From Halocafeteria seosinensis (Eukaryota), in assembly GCA_001687465.1 (NCBI GenBank), contig LVLI01000080.1:1-64000 (forward strand): a stretch of DNA of 64,000 nt, written 5' to 3'. Made by a program: the position numbers and the translations under genes. Positions 45,959 to 56,999 of this stretch are shown piece after piece (position 1 is the stretch's first letter; every line of letters starts with the position of its first letter). The notes below the pieces were generated by a model. The model saw only the letters and a list, made by a program, of their open reading frames with translations. It did no database searches and was not told where the DNA came from.

Positions 45959-48900
45959 TCACAATTCAGCGTCCCCTATGTATTGTTGTAGACGGTCATC
46001 AAACTGTGCTTCATTGTCCTGCGCACCTAACAATGAACTACGGGGAGCAGTTGGCCGTGGCCTCGTTTCCATAGAATACTCATTGTCAAAGATTTCATAT
46101 TGGTCACCAGTGACTGTTTTCTTCTTCCTGCGCCATATTATGGCGGCTACGACGGCGATGGCGCCTACAACGCACACGGTACTAATCCATCCCACTGCTC
46201 CCTTTGAGAGATGACCGGAGTGCGCTGAAGAACTTTTTGCTCCACTCTTCGTATGATAATGTTGGAATAGCGTTTTTTGCACCGAGAATGTGCTGTCAAC
46301 AGCGATTATGTGGTTCTTCGACTTCTGCCGCAACTCAGGTAGTGTTTCATTCCAACAGCCTTCGTCACAAACAGCGAGCACGGCGAACTCATAACTTGTG
46401 TGGGCCTGAATGTCTTGAACAGCAGCCTCCAAAGAACCTCGGACAGAAACGGCAGACTCTCTGGCTTGTTCGCTCCAGTACTCAATACCACATGCAGTAG
46501 ACGAAATTGTCCCTTTAGTATCTTCAAAACGCCCCTTTGTATAGTATACTTTGAAAGAAACGTTCTTTGCCGTAACTGTCTCAATGACATTGTCACTCGA
46601 ATAAAGGAGAAACTGAGGTGCCTCCCATTTCACCTTCGCTTCCAACTCATCATTGAACGACACCTGTATGACTCCGTTCCTCGCAGAAAGAATCCAGGTT
46701 GGGCCGACTGTAGCAAAGAACTCGTACGTCGCTCCTGATGAATCATGGTTTTGGACGCTGGCTACAACAAATTTGGAATCTGAATCATTGATCAAAAGTG
46801 TGGAAACGCCGTCCAGCGTCTTGTTCTCATACGTGTTATCACCGCTTGAGGGGTTGTACGGATCCTTGCAGGGGGATTTTCCAGACTGAGGGCTGGGGTC
46901 GCAAACATACAATCCCAACACAGGTTGCACTTGGCTACAAGCGTCCACACCCATCCATAATCTCCCATCGCTTTGAACATCTGGGGCTAGGTACAACTCG
47001 TAGTTTTTTGCAGACTTCTGAACAAAAATGTTCTTGTCGGACGCTCGTCGATTGTGAATACGTTCATAAGCAATACTGGTAACACTTGAATCTCCAAGTA
47101 CCTCCGCAGTGACTTGGAAGGTTGTCGAGCCGTTACCATTGTTTCCCGGAAGACTCAGTGGTTCAATTCCAAGGAAGTAGGAACAACTGTTGTCTGTGTC
47201 GGGAGTACAGTACAATGAGCCTTCATCAGGAGTAATGTAGAAATCTTCCGAAGCACTTAACACAAAGAAGTCCTGATCGTTATGGTTACTGTTTGGATAC
47301 ATCTCCGTGGACGAACAGCGATCGGATCTACAACTTTGCAAGTACACATGCAGCGGCATTCCCCCAAGACCAATATTACCATCAGCAGTTAGCCGAGAAA
47401 CGGTAAATTTGATCGGATGCTTTTGGAAATTCGAGCCAGCCGCTACACCGAAAGTCATATATGACGGTACATTAAATAACGCTTGACTAACTTGCGGTTC
47501 TCCATCGCGAAGTATAGTGAGACCGCGAGTAAACGCAGACAACGTAAATACCGTTTGTTGTAGACCAAACACTCCGATGTTGAACCAACCGGCTGTCCAA
47601 TCTTTCGTCTTCGAGCAATCGGATGTTGGCAAACTGTTAGAGCATGGTGCTCCATGTTGCACTCTCAAGATATCTGGTCCACTTTCTCTGGAATTGTCTT
47701 TCGTTGTTCCCCAGGTAGCGTTACATTCTTTCCCAATCCCCCCATTGGAGATGGAACACTCAGGGCGCGATCTTCTAGACATCACAATATCAGCCGAGCC
47801 AGCAAACGGAGTCAGCAGCAACGTCAAATCATTGCTTGTATTTGTTACCTGAACTCGGAATCTAAACATGTTCCCAGCGGACACAGTTAGTTTGCTGGTG
47901 GGAATTCCGGGCTGCAGGACTAGTTCAATGTCATCAGTACTAGCGCTGGTGCTGAAAAGGACATCACCGCCAACTGCACAAACGCCGATAAGATAACGAG
48001 CCAATGAAGGGGTGCGCTTGTCATCAGTAAAGTCAATAGCTACAGAGTGGCGGCCAACGGCGCCACGTGCTCCACTTTTGCTGCTCCAAGTGAAATTCGC
48101 AAGAGTTGGGTACTCCCATGACAACGGGGGCCACTGATTACTCAGGTGCCTCGATACAGCGATGCGCACATCGCCACCACTGCTAGTCGTTAACGGCGAT
48201 GCAGACACGGTGAGGTTTCGGTGAGACAGGTCTGTAGTGATATAGTACATTCTACAGTGGTCTTCCCTGACAGCGTTGGACTGTGGAGAACCATCCGTTA
48301 GTTTCACAAATGTATTATTCCTCACCGCGATCAACGAAAATGTGGCCTCTTGATTTTCCGAAGAAACAGCAATGTTGTAATTGACAGACTCTGTGGAATA
48401 GCTTCCCGGGACAAATAATACATGATTGCTTAGCGAGCTTGCCTTCCAAGTATACTGACTGCGGGTTGGTTTCTTTATAGTGTCGTTACTTACGTAGAAC
48501 GTCGCGTCACCGGATCTGGGGGAGAGAGAAATAATAACGTCTTCGGGTGCATTTGGAGGCTTTTCAAATCGAAAGCGCGAGTAACTACTCAGTCCACCTG
48601 ACACACTTCCTTGGACCGCAACTCCTTCTTGCAGTTGTTGAACCTCACTCTTGGAGACCCATTGGATAGTAAAAGAGCAGTTGTCGAACCCGTACACAGA
48701 AATTCGCGCGGTGCCATTACCGACATACCGAGGATCACCAGGCACCACTCGCACACTTTCTTCCCCAAGCGACGTGGAAGCGAAGTCATGCTCATTAAAA
48801 TCCTTCTTCGGAAAATGGGGGGAGATGGTATTGACGAACAAGTCAGGGTCACCAAAGTCCGGGGTAACATAAATGCTATATTCCGTCTTTTGAGTAAAAC

Positions 48901-51900
48901 CTAAATTGGCAACAAAGTGGACGTATGCCCCCTTGCGTACATGAGACGATTGCGGCACTCCATCGTACAATGTAACGGGCGCCCCATTCAGTGTTGTTCC
49001 TAGCAAGCTATAGCGTGAACTTCTAAATCCATATATGCTAATATACACCATGCAACTGCTTCCGCTGCTTCCACCCGAAGCGCTCTGCTGACACTGGTTA
49101 AGATCCTTCCGAGTGAGATACAAATTATCTTGAGAACCACTTTGTTGCCGAAAATCGTTCTTCTCTTTCGTAGGGTGAGTGTTATCACTATGGACGGACA
49201 CGTACAAGTCTGGATCTCCATAAAAGGGAGTGACTGAGAGAAACAGCTCGTCGTCAGACTCCGGTACTTCAATGCTATAGTAATTATATTCTTCTGAACC
49301 CACTTGGTCTCTGATAGTCACCCCATCTTGGAGCCGGCGAATAGATCCATTGTTTGCATACTCGTACGTTAAAGCGAATTCAGAGCGGAGACGGAAGCGC
49401 GATCCCAACACGCCAACTATGTAATCTCTTCCGGGGGTCCACGCATCAGGTGGTTGGCTGTCGTACGGATGAATTGTCACGGCATCTCTAGACGAAGAGG
49501 ACTCGGTACTCCACTTGTAATGGACCACTCGATTCATTGAAGCAAGCTCAGGAAATACATGTGAGCCATTTTCCAAGGCATTCGTAATATACAGCTCCGT
49601 ATTCCCAGCAATACGAGAAAGCGAAACAGTTACAGAAGCGCCGTTGTTGACCGGCTCGGGCGGAAGGCGAAAGCGAAAGTAAACAAACTCAGACGGTCCT
49701 ATAGTTCCTGTTTGAGGTTCTCCGCTCGTAAGTTGCTGCACACCAGTACTTGCCTGTATTGTAAAAGACGAAGATGATGCCGAGTAGCCGTAAACAGATA
49801 TCAGGTATAAACAGGAAGATCCTCCCTTAAAACATTTTTCCGTGATATCATTCGGCTGCAAAATAGTAACTGCATCCAGACCAATGCCCGCACTAGCCCA
49901 CATGGATTCATTCTTCAGGGGAAATGTGGTACTATCCTTAATAGCTGCATTGATAAACAAATCCGGATCTCCGGATAATGGAGTGACCGTGACACGTAAT
50001 GTCGCAGTCGGATCGTCAACAACGAACTCATAGTGCTGGTACTTTTCTTTGCTCACAGACGCGGATACCGCAACTCCGTCCTCGAGGCGCATGGCAGAGG
50101 AAGACAGAGTTGCTACTATGCTATACTTCGTTGCACTAAAGCCATAGACGCGAAGCCAGGCATCGCAGTGTTTGCCATCCCCGCATGCATGCGGATATAC
50201 ATTGTCATCGTACCGAACCACTATCCCTTCCGGGCCATTGGCGCTATTGGACCGGTAATCGTACCCATCCCGTTTTTTAGAGACTTTGGAGTTGTTCAAT
50301 CTCACATACAGATCCGGGTCGCCAAATTGTGGTGTAATAGAGAATTCCACACTGGGTACCTTGTTCTCCTGAAGAGCAGGCATAACGAATCGATACATGT
50401 TACTCAACGACTCATTCGCAAAGTCGGTAACTGGTTGGCCATCCGTAAGCAGCGTGACACTGCTATCTGCCTCCGTCGAAACAACGACACTAAACGAAGC
50501 CGGAGCTGTACCTGATGCCACACCTACCCAATAGCTACAATCCTCGCCGCCCTTGTTCCTGCATGAATCCTTGTCAAACTTGGTCTGGATTTCGATTACA
50601 TCACTACCTAAACTCAAACTCTTCCATTCAGCAGACCAAAACGTGGGAAGCATTGATGAATTTCCGTTCCCGGTAGAGATAAATAGGTCAGGGTCACCGG
50701 AAAGTGCCGTTAGAGAAAACAGAAGAGTAGCATCATGCTCCGTATTCTGAAAATAGAAGTACTCAAAATTGTCTTTATCCGTCCCACCAGGAACAGAACC
50801 CTCCACAGACACTCCTTCCGCCAGACGACGGAAATTATTTGCAGTTGCCGTAATAAAATATCCTGCCCACGAGAAGCCATGTACCCCGATCTGAATCAAA
50901 CACCGACTTTGTCCACATGACCACTTATAGGCGCTCGTGGTCGTGTCGATGGAGATCTCTTCAGTCCCTCTACCATGAAGTGAGGAGAAATTCGTTTGAG
51001 TGTGTGGGCCCGGATGAGGGAGGTTCGGACCTACGTTGACATACAAGTCTGGATCGCCCGCCCACGGCTGGACCGTGATTATAACTTTCTTAGCTGTCAC
51101 AGAAGCATAAAATCGATAAAGTTCCAAGTCTTTCTCCTTGACGGTGTCTACCTGAGTCTGTCCATCAACAAGATACTTGGTCTCATTCGACTCGGATACC
51201 ATGATACTGAATGCAGAGTTAATACCTTGAGCTGCGTAGACACATATTCCGTAGTAGCAAGGTAAAGAATCGCAATATTCGTCATCAGTATTGAACACAT
51301 GCACCACATCTCTGTCTGTATAACGACTTGCCCAATCATAGTGATGACTGTCGGGCCAATCAGTGGTATTTGACACCCCGGGAACAGTAGAAACGAAGAT
51401 GTCAGGATCACCAGAAAAAGGCGTTAAAGTGAAAGTTATCTCCGATCCTTTGATAGTCTGATTGTACCAGTACTTATCACATTGGTCAGCCAGGACATGA
51501 TCCACATGCGGCTCCCCGCCAATCAGTTCAATTGGAATACCAGCGAGAGCGGCAACAATGTTATAGGACACTTCCTGTTGATCAAACGGTATAACGGCAA
51601 TCAGAGCATAACAAATTTGAGAAGTGGAACATTTGTCATTGAACGGATTATCTCCCTTGCGAATGATCACGTAGTCCCGCTGGGAGTTAGCTCTTGAAGC
51701 ATAGTTCGCATTGTAGGGTCCCGGTGGGGATTGAGAGGTCTCCGCGTCGGAAAGAAGGACGTACAGGTCTCCATCTCCCGTGAAACTCGTCAAATAAATT
51801 TCAGCGTGATCAAAGCTATCACCGCTGTTATCGATAGCAAAGCGATAGTACGCTGTTTCGTTTCTAATGAGGGTATCAGAGGCCGGAGTGCCGTCCTGCA

Positions 51901-52144
51901 AGGTTTCATACTGAACTCCCAATCGATTATCTCTGGCGTACATCTTATCCCCACGTTTTCCAGCATGAAACTCCTCTCTCAAGTTTGTCGGATTCTTGAC
52001 GACGTCTTTGCTAGTCCGACGGACCTCTTCCAGAGTCTTGCTGTAGGACTTCACACCGTGGAAGCCCGCAGCCAAGGAAGTATGCCAATTTGCCACGATC
52101 ATGGCGGCGGTGGCAAGGAAAGCCATGCGCACTCGTGGCTCCAT
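45959..52144 (-). CDS. Giant type-I membrane protein with about 12 tandem PPC-like (GDPDLY) beta-sandwich modules and a membrane-proximal FN3-like region
   Basis: Signal peptide MAFLATAAMIVANWHTSLA; recurring L.DG.P....V ... GDPDL[YF][VI] ... Y.I.V.G...S.YS units of about 120 aa; TM GAVGWISTVCVVGAIAVVAAIIW followed by RRKKK; short tail with YEIF and YSM; intronless. Confidence 0.85.
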   Translation of the reverse strand: MEPRVRMAFLATAAMIVANWHTSLAAGFHGVKSYSKTLEEVRRTSKDVVKNPTNLREEFHAGKRGDKMYARDNRLGVQYETLQDGTPASDTLIRNETAYYRFAIDNSGDSFDHAEIYLTSFTGDGDLYVLLSDAETSQSPPGPYNANYASRANSQRDYVIIRKGDNPFNDKCSTSQICYALIAVIPFDQQEVSYNIVAALAGIPIELIGGEPHVDHVLADQCDKYWYNQTIKGSEITFTLTPFSGDPDIFVSTVPGVSNTTDWPDSHHYDWASRYTDRDVVHVFNTDDEYCDSLPCYYGICVYAAQGINSAFSIMVSESNETKYLVDGQTQVDTVKEKDLELYRFYASVTAKKVIITVQPWAGDPDLYVNVGPNLPHPGPHTQTNFSSLHGRGTEEISIDTTTSAYKWSCGQSRCLIQIGVHGFSWAGYFITATANNFRRLAEGVSVEGSVPGGTDKDNFEYFYFQNTEHDATLLFSLTALSGDPDLFISTGNGNSSMLPTFWSAEWKSLSLGSDVIEIQTKFDKDSCRNKGGEDCSYWVGVASGTAPASFSVVVSTEADSSVTLLTDGQPVTDFANESLSNMYRFVMPALQENKVPSVEFSITPQFGDPDLYVRLNNSKVSKKRDGYDYRSNSANGPEGIVVRYDDNVYPHACGDGKHCDAWLRVYGFSATKYSIVATLSSSAMRLEDGVAVSASVSKEKYQHYEFVVDDPTATLRVTVTPLSGDPDLFINAAIKDSTTFPLKNESMWASAGIGLDAVTILQPNDITEKCFKGGSSCLYLISVYGYSASSSSFTIQASTGVQQLTSGEPQTGTIGPSEFVYFRFRLPPEPVNNGASVTVSLSRIAGNTELYITNALENGSHVFPELASMNRVVHYKWSTESSSSRDAVTIHPYDSQPPDAWTPGRDYIVGVLGSRFRLRSEFALTYEYANNGSIRRLQDGVTIRDQVGSEEYNYYSIEVPESDDELFLSVTPFYGDPDLYVSVHSDNTHPTKEKNDFRQQSGSQDNLYLTRKDLNQCQQSASGGSSGSSCMVYISIYGFRSSRYSLLGTTLNGAPVTLYDGVPQSSHVRKGAYVHFVANLGFTQKTEYSIYVTPDFGDPDLFVNTISPHFPKKDFNEHDFASTSLGEESVRVVPGDPRYVGNGTARISVYGFDNCSFTIQWVSKSEVQQLQEGVAVQGSVSGGLSSYSRFRFEKPPNAPEDVIISLSPRSGDATFYVSNDTIKKPTRSQYTWKASSLSNHVLFVPGSYSTESVNYNIAVSSENQEATFSLIAVRNNTFVKLTDGSPQSNAVREDHCRMYYITTDLSHRNLTVSASPLTTSSGGDVRIAVSRHLSNQWPPLSWEYPTLANFTWSSKSGARGAVGRHSVAIDFTDDKRTPSLARYLIGVCAVGGDVLFSTSASTDDIELVLQPGIPTSKLTVSAGNMFRFRVQVTNTSNDLTLLLTPFAGSADIVMSRRSRPECSISNGGIGKECNATWGTTKDNSRESGPDILRVQHGAPCSNSLPTSDCSKTKDWTAGWFNIGVFGLQQTVFTLSAFTRGLTILRDGEPQVSQALFNVPSYMTFGVAAGSNFQKHPIKFTVSRLTADGNIGLGGMPLHVYLQSCRSDRCSSTEMYPNSNHNDQDFFVLSASEDFYITPDEGSLYCTPDTDNSCSYFLGIEPLSLPGNNGNGSTTFQVTAEVLGDSSVTSIAYERIHNRRASDKNIFVQKSAKNYELYLAPDVQSDGRLWMGVDACSQVQPVLGLYVCDPSPQSGKSPCKDPYNPSSGDNTYENKTLDGVSTLLINDSDSKFVVASVQNHDSSGATYEFFATVGPTWILSARNGVIQVSFNDELEAKVKWEAPQFLLYSSDNVIETVTAKNVSFKVYYTKGRFEDTKGTISSTACGIEYWSEQARESAVSVRGSLEAAVQDIQAHTSYEFAVLAVCDEGCWNETLPELRQKSKNHIIAVDSTFSVQKTLFQHYHTKSGAKSSSAHSGHLSKGAVGWISTVCVVGAIAVVAAIIWRRKKKTVTGDQYEIFDNEYSMETRPRPTAPRSSLLGAQDNEAQFDDRLQQYIGDAEL

Positions 52145-52748
52145 CGTTGCTTCGCCTCCTCTTAGCAATGAGGTGCCACGCTTTTGCACCACCCACTTGT
52201 GTGATAAAATAGAGCAAAAAGAACCTTTGGGAGCAAATAAATGGTATACCAATGAGGAAAGAAAACACAATTTGCTTGCGTTTTTTTCTCTTTCAAGACC
52301 GCTCAAGCGTTGTTGTTGATTAGTTTAGATCAACTCGTCTCTTTTGGTCTGTGTTCCGTGTGTACAGAAACACGCCAACAAACAACAAATACCAAGGGGA
52401 TCTTGCTTCCTTTCCGGGTCTGTTGCCCTCGGAATGCGTGCGGAAAACGAACTTCAACATCCTCATTTTTGGGCATATATGTATGTATATGTATAGGGGG
52501 GCTGTGAGTCGCTCACACCGGGTTTGTGTTGACAAGGCTGTGGAATGTGTCTGAGAGAAAGGAAGAGAGGTGTGCTTGAGCTTCAGTTTGGAACGCGTCA
52601 TTTGGACTACTCTCTCTGTTTCGTTGATCTCCGGACCTTGGACTCGAAATCGACATCCCAGGGAGCCTCGTTTCCACCGCGATATACACTCCACACGTCT
52701 TTGTTGACTCCTATTTCAGAGCTTTACGTTGCTCTCTAAATTTGTGAC

Positions 52749-54138
52749 ATGTCTGCTGCCGACGCGAGCCCACTGAAGAGACAAAGGGGAGACTCAGAGA
52801 CTGAGTGGGAAACTACAACCGTAAGGTCTGCATATTCAATGAGCTCTACCAACCATGATAATTGGCATGAGAAGATGCTCGAGAACTTCGAGTATGTACC
52901 TCGTAAGTGCCCTTACATTTTTTGTCAGCCATAACGTTTGGTGGGCGGCCACTAACACTGGCTTATATGTGCTGCAGCGGCGACAACGATGGGAACCGAA
53001 CAGCAAGGCAAAAATTTGGTAAGTGGGGATTGCCAAAGTATCCATTGGATTGTGCATTTAATTAGCAAAAGAACGGATGTTTCGATGATTCTTACAGACG
53101 TGCCATATCTGTGGAACCCATTCGGAGAAGAAAAAGTCAGCTTGCTTTTATACATGTCGATCTCGTACGTGTCAGAAGACCAGACAAGGCCTCGATGGAG
53201 TCGCCGTCTGTGGGAGTGAACCGTGCATCAGAGTCATGGAGTCTACGTTTGGTTTCAAATGCCCAAAATGCTCTAGCCTATGTTGTTGTGTTAAAGAAGG
53301 CAGGGAATGGAGACACAAGCATGATCCTGGTGTCATGTGCCCGTGCAAGAATAAGAGAGGGTTCGAAGATAGGCGAGGGACAGGTCCGTTGCGCGTTACT
53401 CCTAACCGGGCTGAAAGTGGCGGAGCAGCCTCTGCTTCTATCAGCTCCGATGAAGACTCTATTAGCAATCATCGGCTTAGCAGCGTTGAGGAACAGGCTA
53501 GGCGCTTGAAAGAGAGACAGGATCAGATGGAACATTCGATGAACGACTTGGCTGACCGCGTATCAACCATGGAAATGACAAACTCGAAGGTTTACGAAGG
53601 AAGGATTCTGGAGCGAATTCAGAAATTTCAACAGATGGAACGTGATAGTAACTGGATTCATTATCCTTTGCAACGAGAACAGGGGCTGCATCGATTAAGG
53701 CACATAATGTCTGATACTGATCTTTTCGTCCAGGTATGTTTTCAACTCTCCTTTTGTAGGGCCCAGTGTATGGATCGCTTGTTTTCCATATCATTCTGCA
53801 GGAGAAGGCACTAACACGGAGAGACGTAGCTGAGAGCAATGAGGAAAAGATCCGCCGCACACGGGAAGAGTGCTGTCTCTTCGGCAATGTACGTGAAACA
53901 TGATACGCCATTTCTTGTATCGTCCGTGAGGCGTAACTATATTTTGGTTCTCCCTCGTTATCATACGCAGTCTCCCAATGCCATACTACAATGGGCACAA
54001 TCCAAGTGCAAAGTTATCGAGGAAGCGCAGAACCAAACTCAACTGTCAGGCATAAGTGAAGACCTTCCCGACCATAGTCTGGAGGGTTCTCCAATTGGTC
54101 AAGATGATCGGCAAAACAGTGGTTTTAGCATAGACTAA
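52749..54138 (+). CDS. zf-4CXXC_R1-like zinc-finger protein with coiled coil
   Basis: After splicing (introns about 52903-52977 and 53019-53097): TCHICG...C...TCRSRTC...VCGSEPC...FKCPKCSSLCCC; further exons run to TAA at 54138. Confidence 0.65.
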
Positions 54139-54359
54139 GCTTGGTGGAGTGTGCTCGTAGTCGCGGCGCCATTCGTTGGTTACACGAAGAAATATACGTT
54201 TGTATCCTTATAGCGGCAGCAATAGTATTGTTGACAAAACGCATCAACTTGCTCGATCAGTGTTTGCCATCCAGTGATGCTTTCAGCGTGCAAAGCTCGT
54301 TACACACCCGCAAGCAACTACCACAAACAGAAAATATACAACTTTTCCAGAAGCAACAT

Positions 54360-54950
54360 TCACTGAGTCAGAAGGCGTCTAAAGCCCACTCCACTGAGTT
54401 GTAAACCGAGTGCGGCTTCCGCTCTGAAGGAAACGTTCGTAACTTGGCGGATTCTTGAGAGTTCAGGCAATGTAAAAGCAGCCTCGGAGTGCGGACAGTC
54501 GACGAGGGCAAACTGCGGCTCGCCGGAATATCCCATTGTTTCATTGATGTAGATTAACCTCGAGCATTGATAACAGCTCCGGCAAAGACTTTCCCTGTTC
54601 CGCAGGCGAGCTGCCTGTTCAAGCGGTCGAAGGTAATCACTATCCACGACCTCTGCCGCGCATCTTTTATCGGTTGTACGAGATCGGCATGAATGCTTCC
54701 TCATTCTTCGCAAAAGAGTTTTGGGCTGAACATCTACGTACCGCCTCAAACTTGGAACTGTCACGTTTCCTCCGAGTGGTACCGGGTGAGTCCTGAATTC
54801 CTCTCTCGCTTTTCGATCAAATTCGTCCAGCTTTGGGCGCGGCCTCGCTACCTTCCTGTGCGGGTTTTCAGCAGGATGGGCATCGATGGCACTCTCTCTT
54901 TGCGTCGTGGCTTGTATATGTTGCTGCACAGCACGGGTGTAGTGCGCCAT
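54360..54950 (-). CDS. Hypothetical protein with a CxxCxxC cluster
   Basis: 196-aa ORF with AAAATGGCG start context; LCRSCYQC...DCPH. Confidence 0.5.
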   Translation of the reverse strand: MAHYTRAVQQHIQATTQRESAIDAHPAENPHRKVARPRPKLDEFDRKAREEFRTHPVPLGGNVTVPSLRRYVDVQPKTLLRRMRKHSCRSRTTDKRCAAEVVDSDYLRPLEQAARLRNRESLCRSCYQCSRLIYINETMGYSGEPQFALVDCPHSEAAFTLPELSRIRQVTNVSFRAEAALGLQLSGVGFRRLLTQ

Positions 54951-55204
54951 TTTATCGAGTGTTCAGCTCATGCTCGAGCCTTGAGGTATCCATCCACTAG
55001 TCGTAGGCTCTCCGGAGAGATAACCTACGGACGAAACAAATGAAACTACGCTCATTCATCCTCAACTGTACTTACACTGTTACTTACCCTCTACGGTAGT
55101 GAGCTTCACAACCAATGCCTGGAAGTGTCGTCGTACAAGAGACATGTACATGCGTCTTGATTATCAGTGAATCGTCTGCAACTTTACATCCAGTATTATG
55201 AACA

Positions 55205-56755
55205 ATGCGATGGCTACAGCGCGCACGCGAATTTCCCACTCGAAGGGGCTGGTTAAAGCGATACATGGGGACCAAACCGGGAAGCGCAATTGATCGAATC
55301 GACCATTTATCCATCTATGCCGATGATAAGCAACCTCTTTTAGACTTGTTGCGGGATGTATTGGGACTACATACTATGATTCCTCGGACAAGCTACGCAT
55401 TTGGCGAAAATGATACCCCATTTGAGTTGGAATTGCTTCACCTAGGGAGTGGAGTCGGAATCGAGGTGTACACTGACCCGTCTTTGCAGTCGTGGAGAGA
55501 GAAAATGGGGAAGCCGAATTGTACGATTGCGAACGTAGGGCTGACACCAGCTTACAATGACATAGATAGGACGACGAGTCTTATGCTACGTAGGGGTGCT
55601 CGATTCGAAGGAGCACCAGTAGTTTATCATTTTACTGACGAGCAACGCGAGCAGGATCCGTCCCTGCCTCGCTGGCTGTTCAAGAAATTCCCTATAAGGA
55701 TAGGAGATGCTTCGTTCATTCACGATGATGGTGCCAAATGGGCTTCAAGAATGCAGGATATACCGCAACTTACGTACTTCTATTTGTGTATGTGGCATAA
55801 GGACTTGCCTTCCCGACCAGCTCAGTGGCGTTCGATGAATCTATTTTCCCCTATGGGTCCATACGGTATCACTGGATGCAATCGTATCTTTTGGAGCGTA
55901 CCTGACGATGAAGATGAAATGTCAAAACTTGCTATGCAGTTCCATCGGATGAACGTAGTGGTCAATCAGCTTTCAGCGAAAGAACTGACGGTCATGTTTC
56001 CCGAAGGCCCACAATTACACATAGTAGCCGAAAGTGCCGTCCAGCGCAAACCTATGATGGGGAGAATTTCGGGAATAGAGTTAGCTGTATCTGACTGGGA
56101 ATATACCCGCGAAGCTCTCCGAAACTCTCATGGATTCTCGTTGCGCACTCTTAGTCCTACTGAAGGCTTTGCTGAGGCTAAGGAGAGAACCGAGGAAAAC
56201 TCAACGTCTGAACAAGTTGTGCCATACAATGTGTCTCCAGTTTGGATGGATGCTCCCGGTAAAGATACCGGTGCATTACCATTACAAGGCTTCAGATTCA
56301 TTCTGGATACGGAACAAGTAGGCTGTCCTGGTATGGAGGTCCACTTTGTGCCGTCAAACAAGCTACAATTGCGGCTGTCTCGCGCTGCCGCCGTACAAAG
56401 CGTACTTTCTTCTGGAGAGGCTTTTCAAGGCCAAATAGAAGCTAACCAAATGAACGCAAGGGACTTGGAGAAGCGTATATCTCAAGTTTCTTCGGATGGA
56501 GGATTGATGCACAACCATCAGGAAGCTGATATTGATTACAATCCCCGTTCAATTTCCAATCTGCCGGAGGCACTCACTCTCTCCGGCAGAACTGCATCAA
56601 AGTCGCAAGAATTCACTAACACTGGAGGACGTACTGTAAGATACAACGATAGACGCCCAGTGAAGACACTTGACGACCCAGCCACACAAGAAGAGAAGCA
56701 ACCACCAAGAATCATCTCATGGTTAAAGGAATTATTCGTCTTTAACAGGCTATGA
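55205..56755 (+). CDS. VOC/glyoxalase-like protein with a putative mitochondrial presequence
   Basis: Arg-rich N-terminus MRWLQRAREFPTRRGWLKRY; IDRIDHLSIYADD....DLLRDVLGL...LHLG..VGIEV; second module RISGIELAVSDW; intronless. Confidence 0.7.
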   Translation: MRWLQRAREFPTRRGWLKRYMGTKPGSAIDRIDHLSIYADDKQPLLDLLRDVLGLHTMIPRTSYAFGENDTPFELELLHLGSGVGIEVYTDPSLQSWREKMGKPNCTIANVGLTPAYNDIDRTTSLMLRRGARFEGAPVVYHFTDEQREQDPSLPRWLFKKFPIRIGDASFIHDDGAKWASRMQDIPQLTYFYLCMWHKDLPSRPAQWRSMNLFSPMGPYGITGCNRIFWSVPDDEDEMSKLAMQFHRMNVVVNQLSAKELTVMFPEGPQLHIVAESAVQRKPMMGRISGIELAVSDWEYTREALRNSHGFSLRTLSPTEGFAEAKERTEENSTSEQVVPYNVSPVWMDAPGKDTGALPLQGFRFILDTEQVGCPGMEVHFVPSNKLQLRLSRAAAVQSVLSSGEAFQGQIEANQMNARDLEKRISQVSSDGGLMHNHQEADIDYNPRSISNLPEALTLSGRTASKSQEFTNTGGRTVRYNDRRPVKTLDDPATQEEKQPPRIISWLKELFVFNRL

Positions 56756-56999
56756 AGCAATGGCCCGCTTTTGACGGAACCGTGGTGTTGGAAAACATTG
56801 GTAGTGTGAATGCATATCGTACCGGTGTAGTACGTATTTTTCGGTTAAGTACGATAAGAGCTATGTAGAGGCGTGGCGTGATGTCACCGGTTTGGTGTTC
56901 TGGTATCGGTACCGCTATGTAGGGACCTGCTTCGGCTTCACAGACCCTCAATGTGGTCTACCAGTAAATGTTTTCAAGAAACTGGTACCAACCCTAGAG

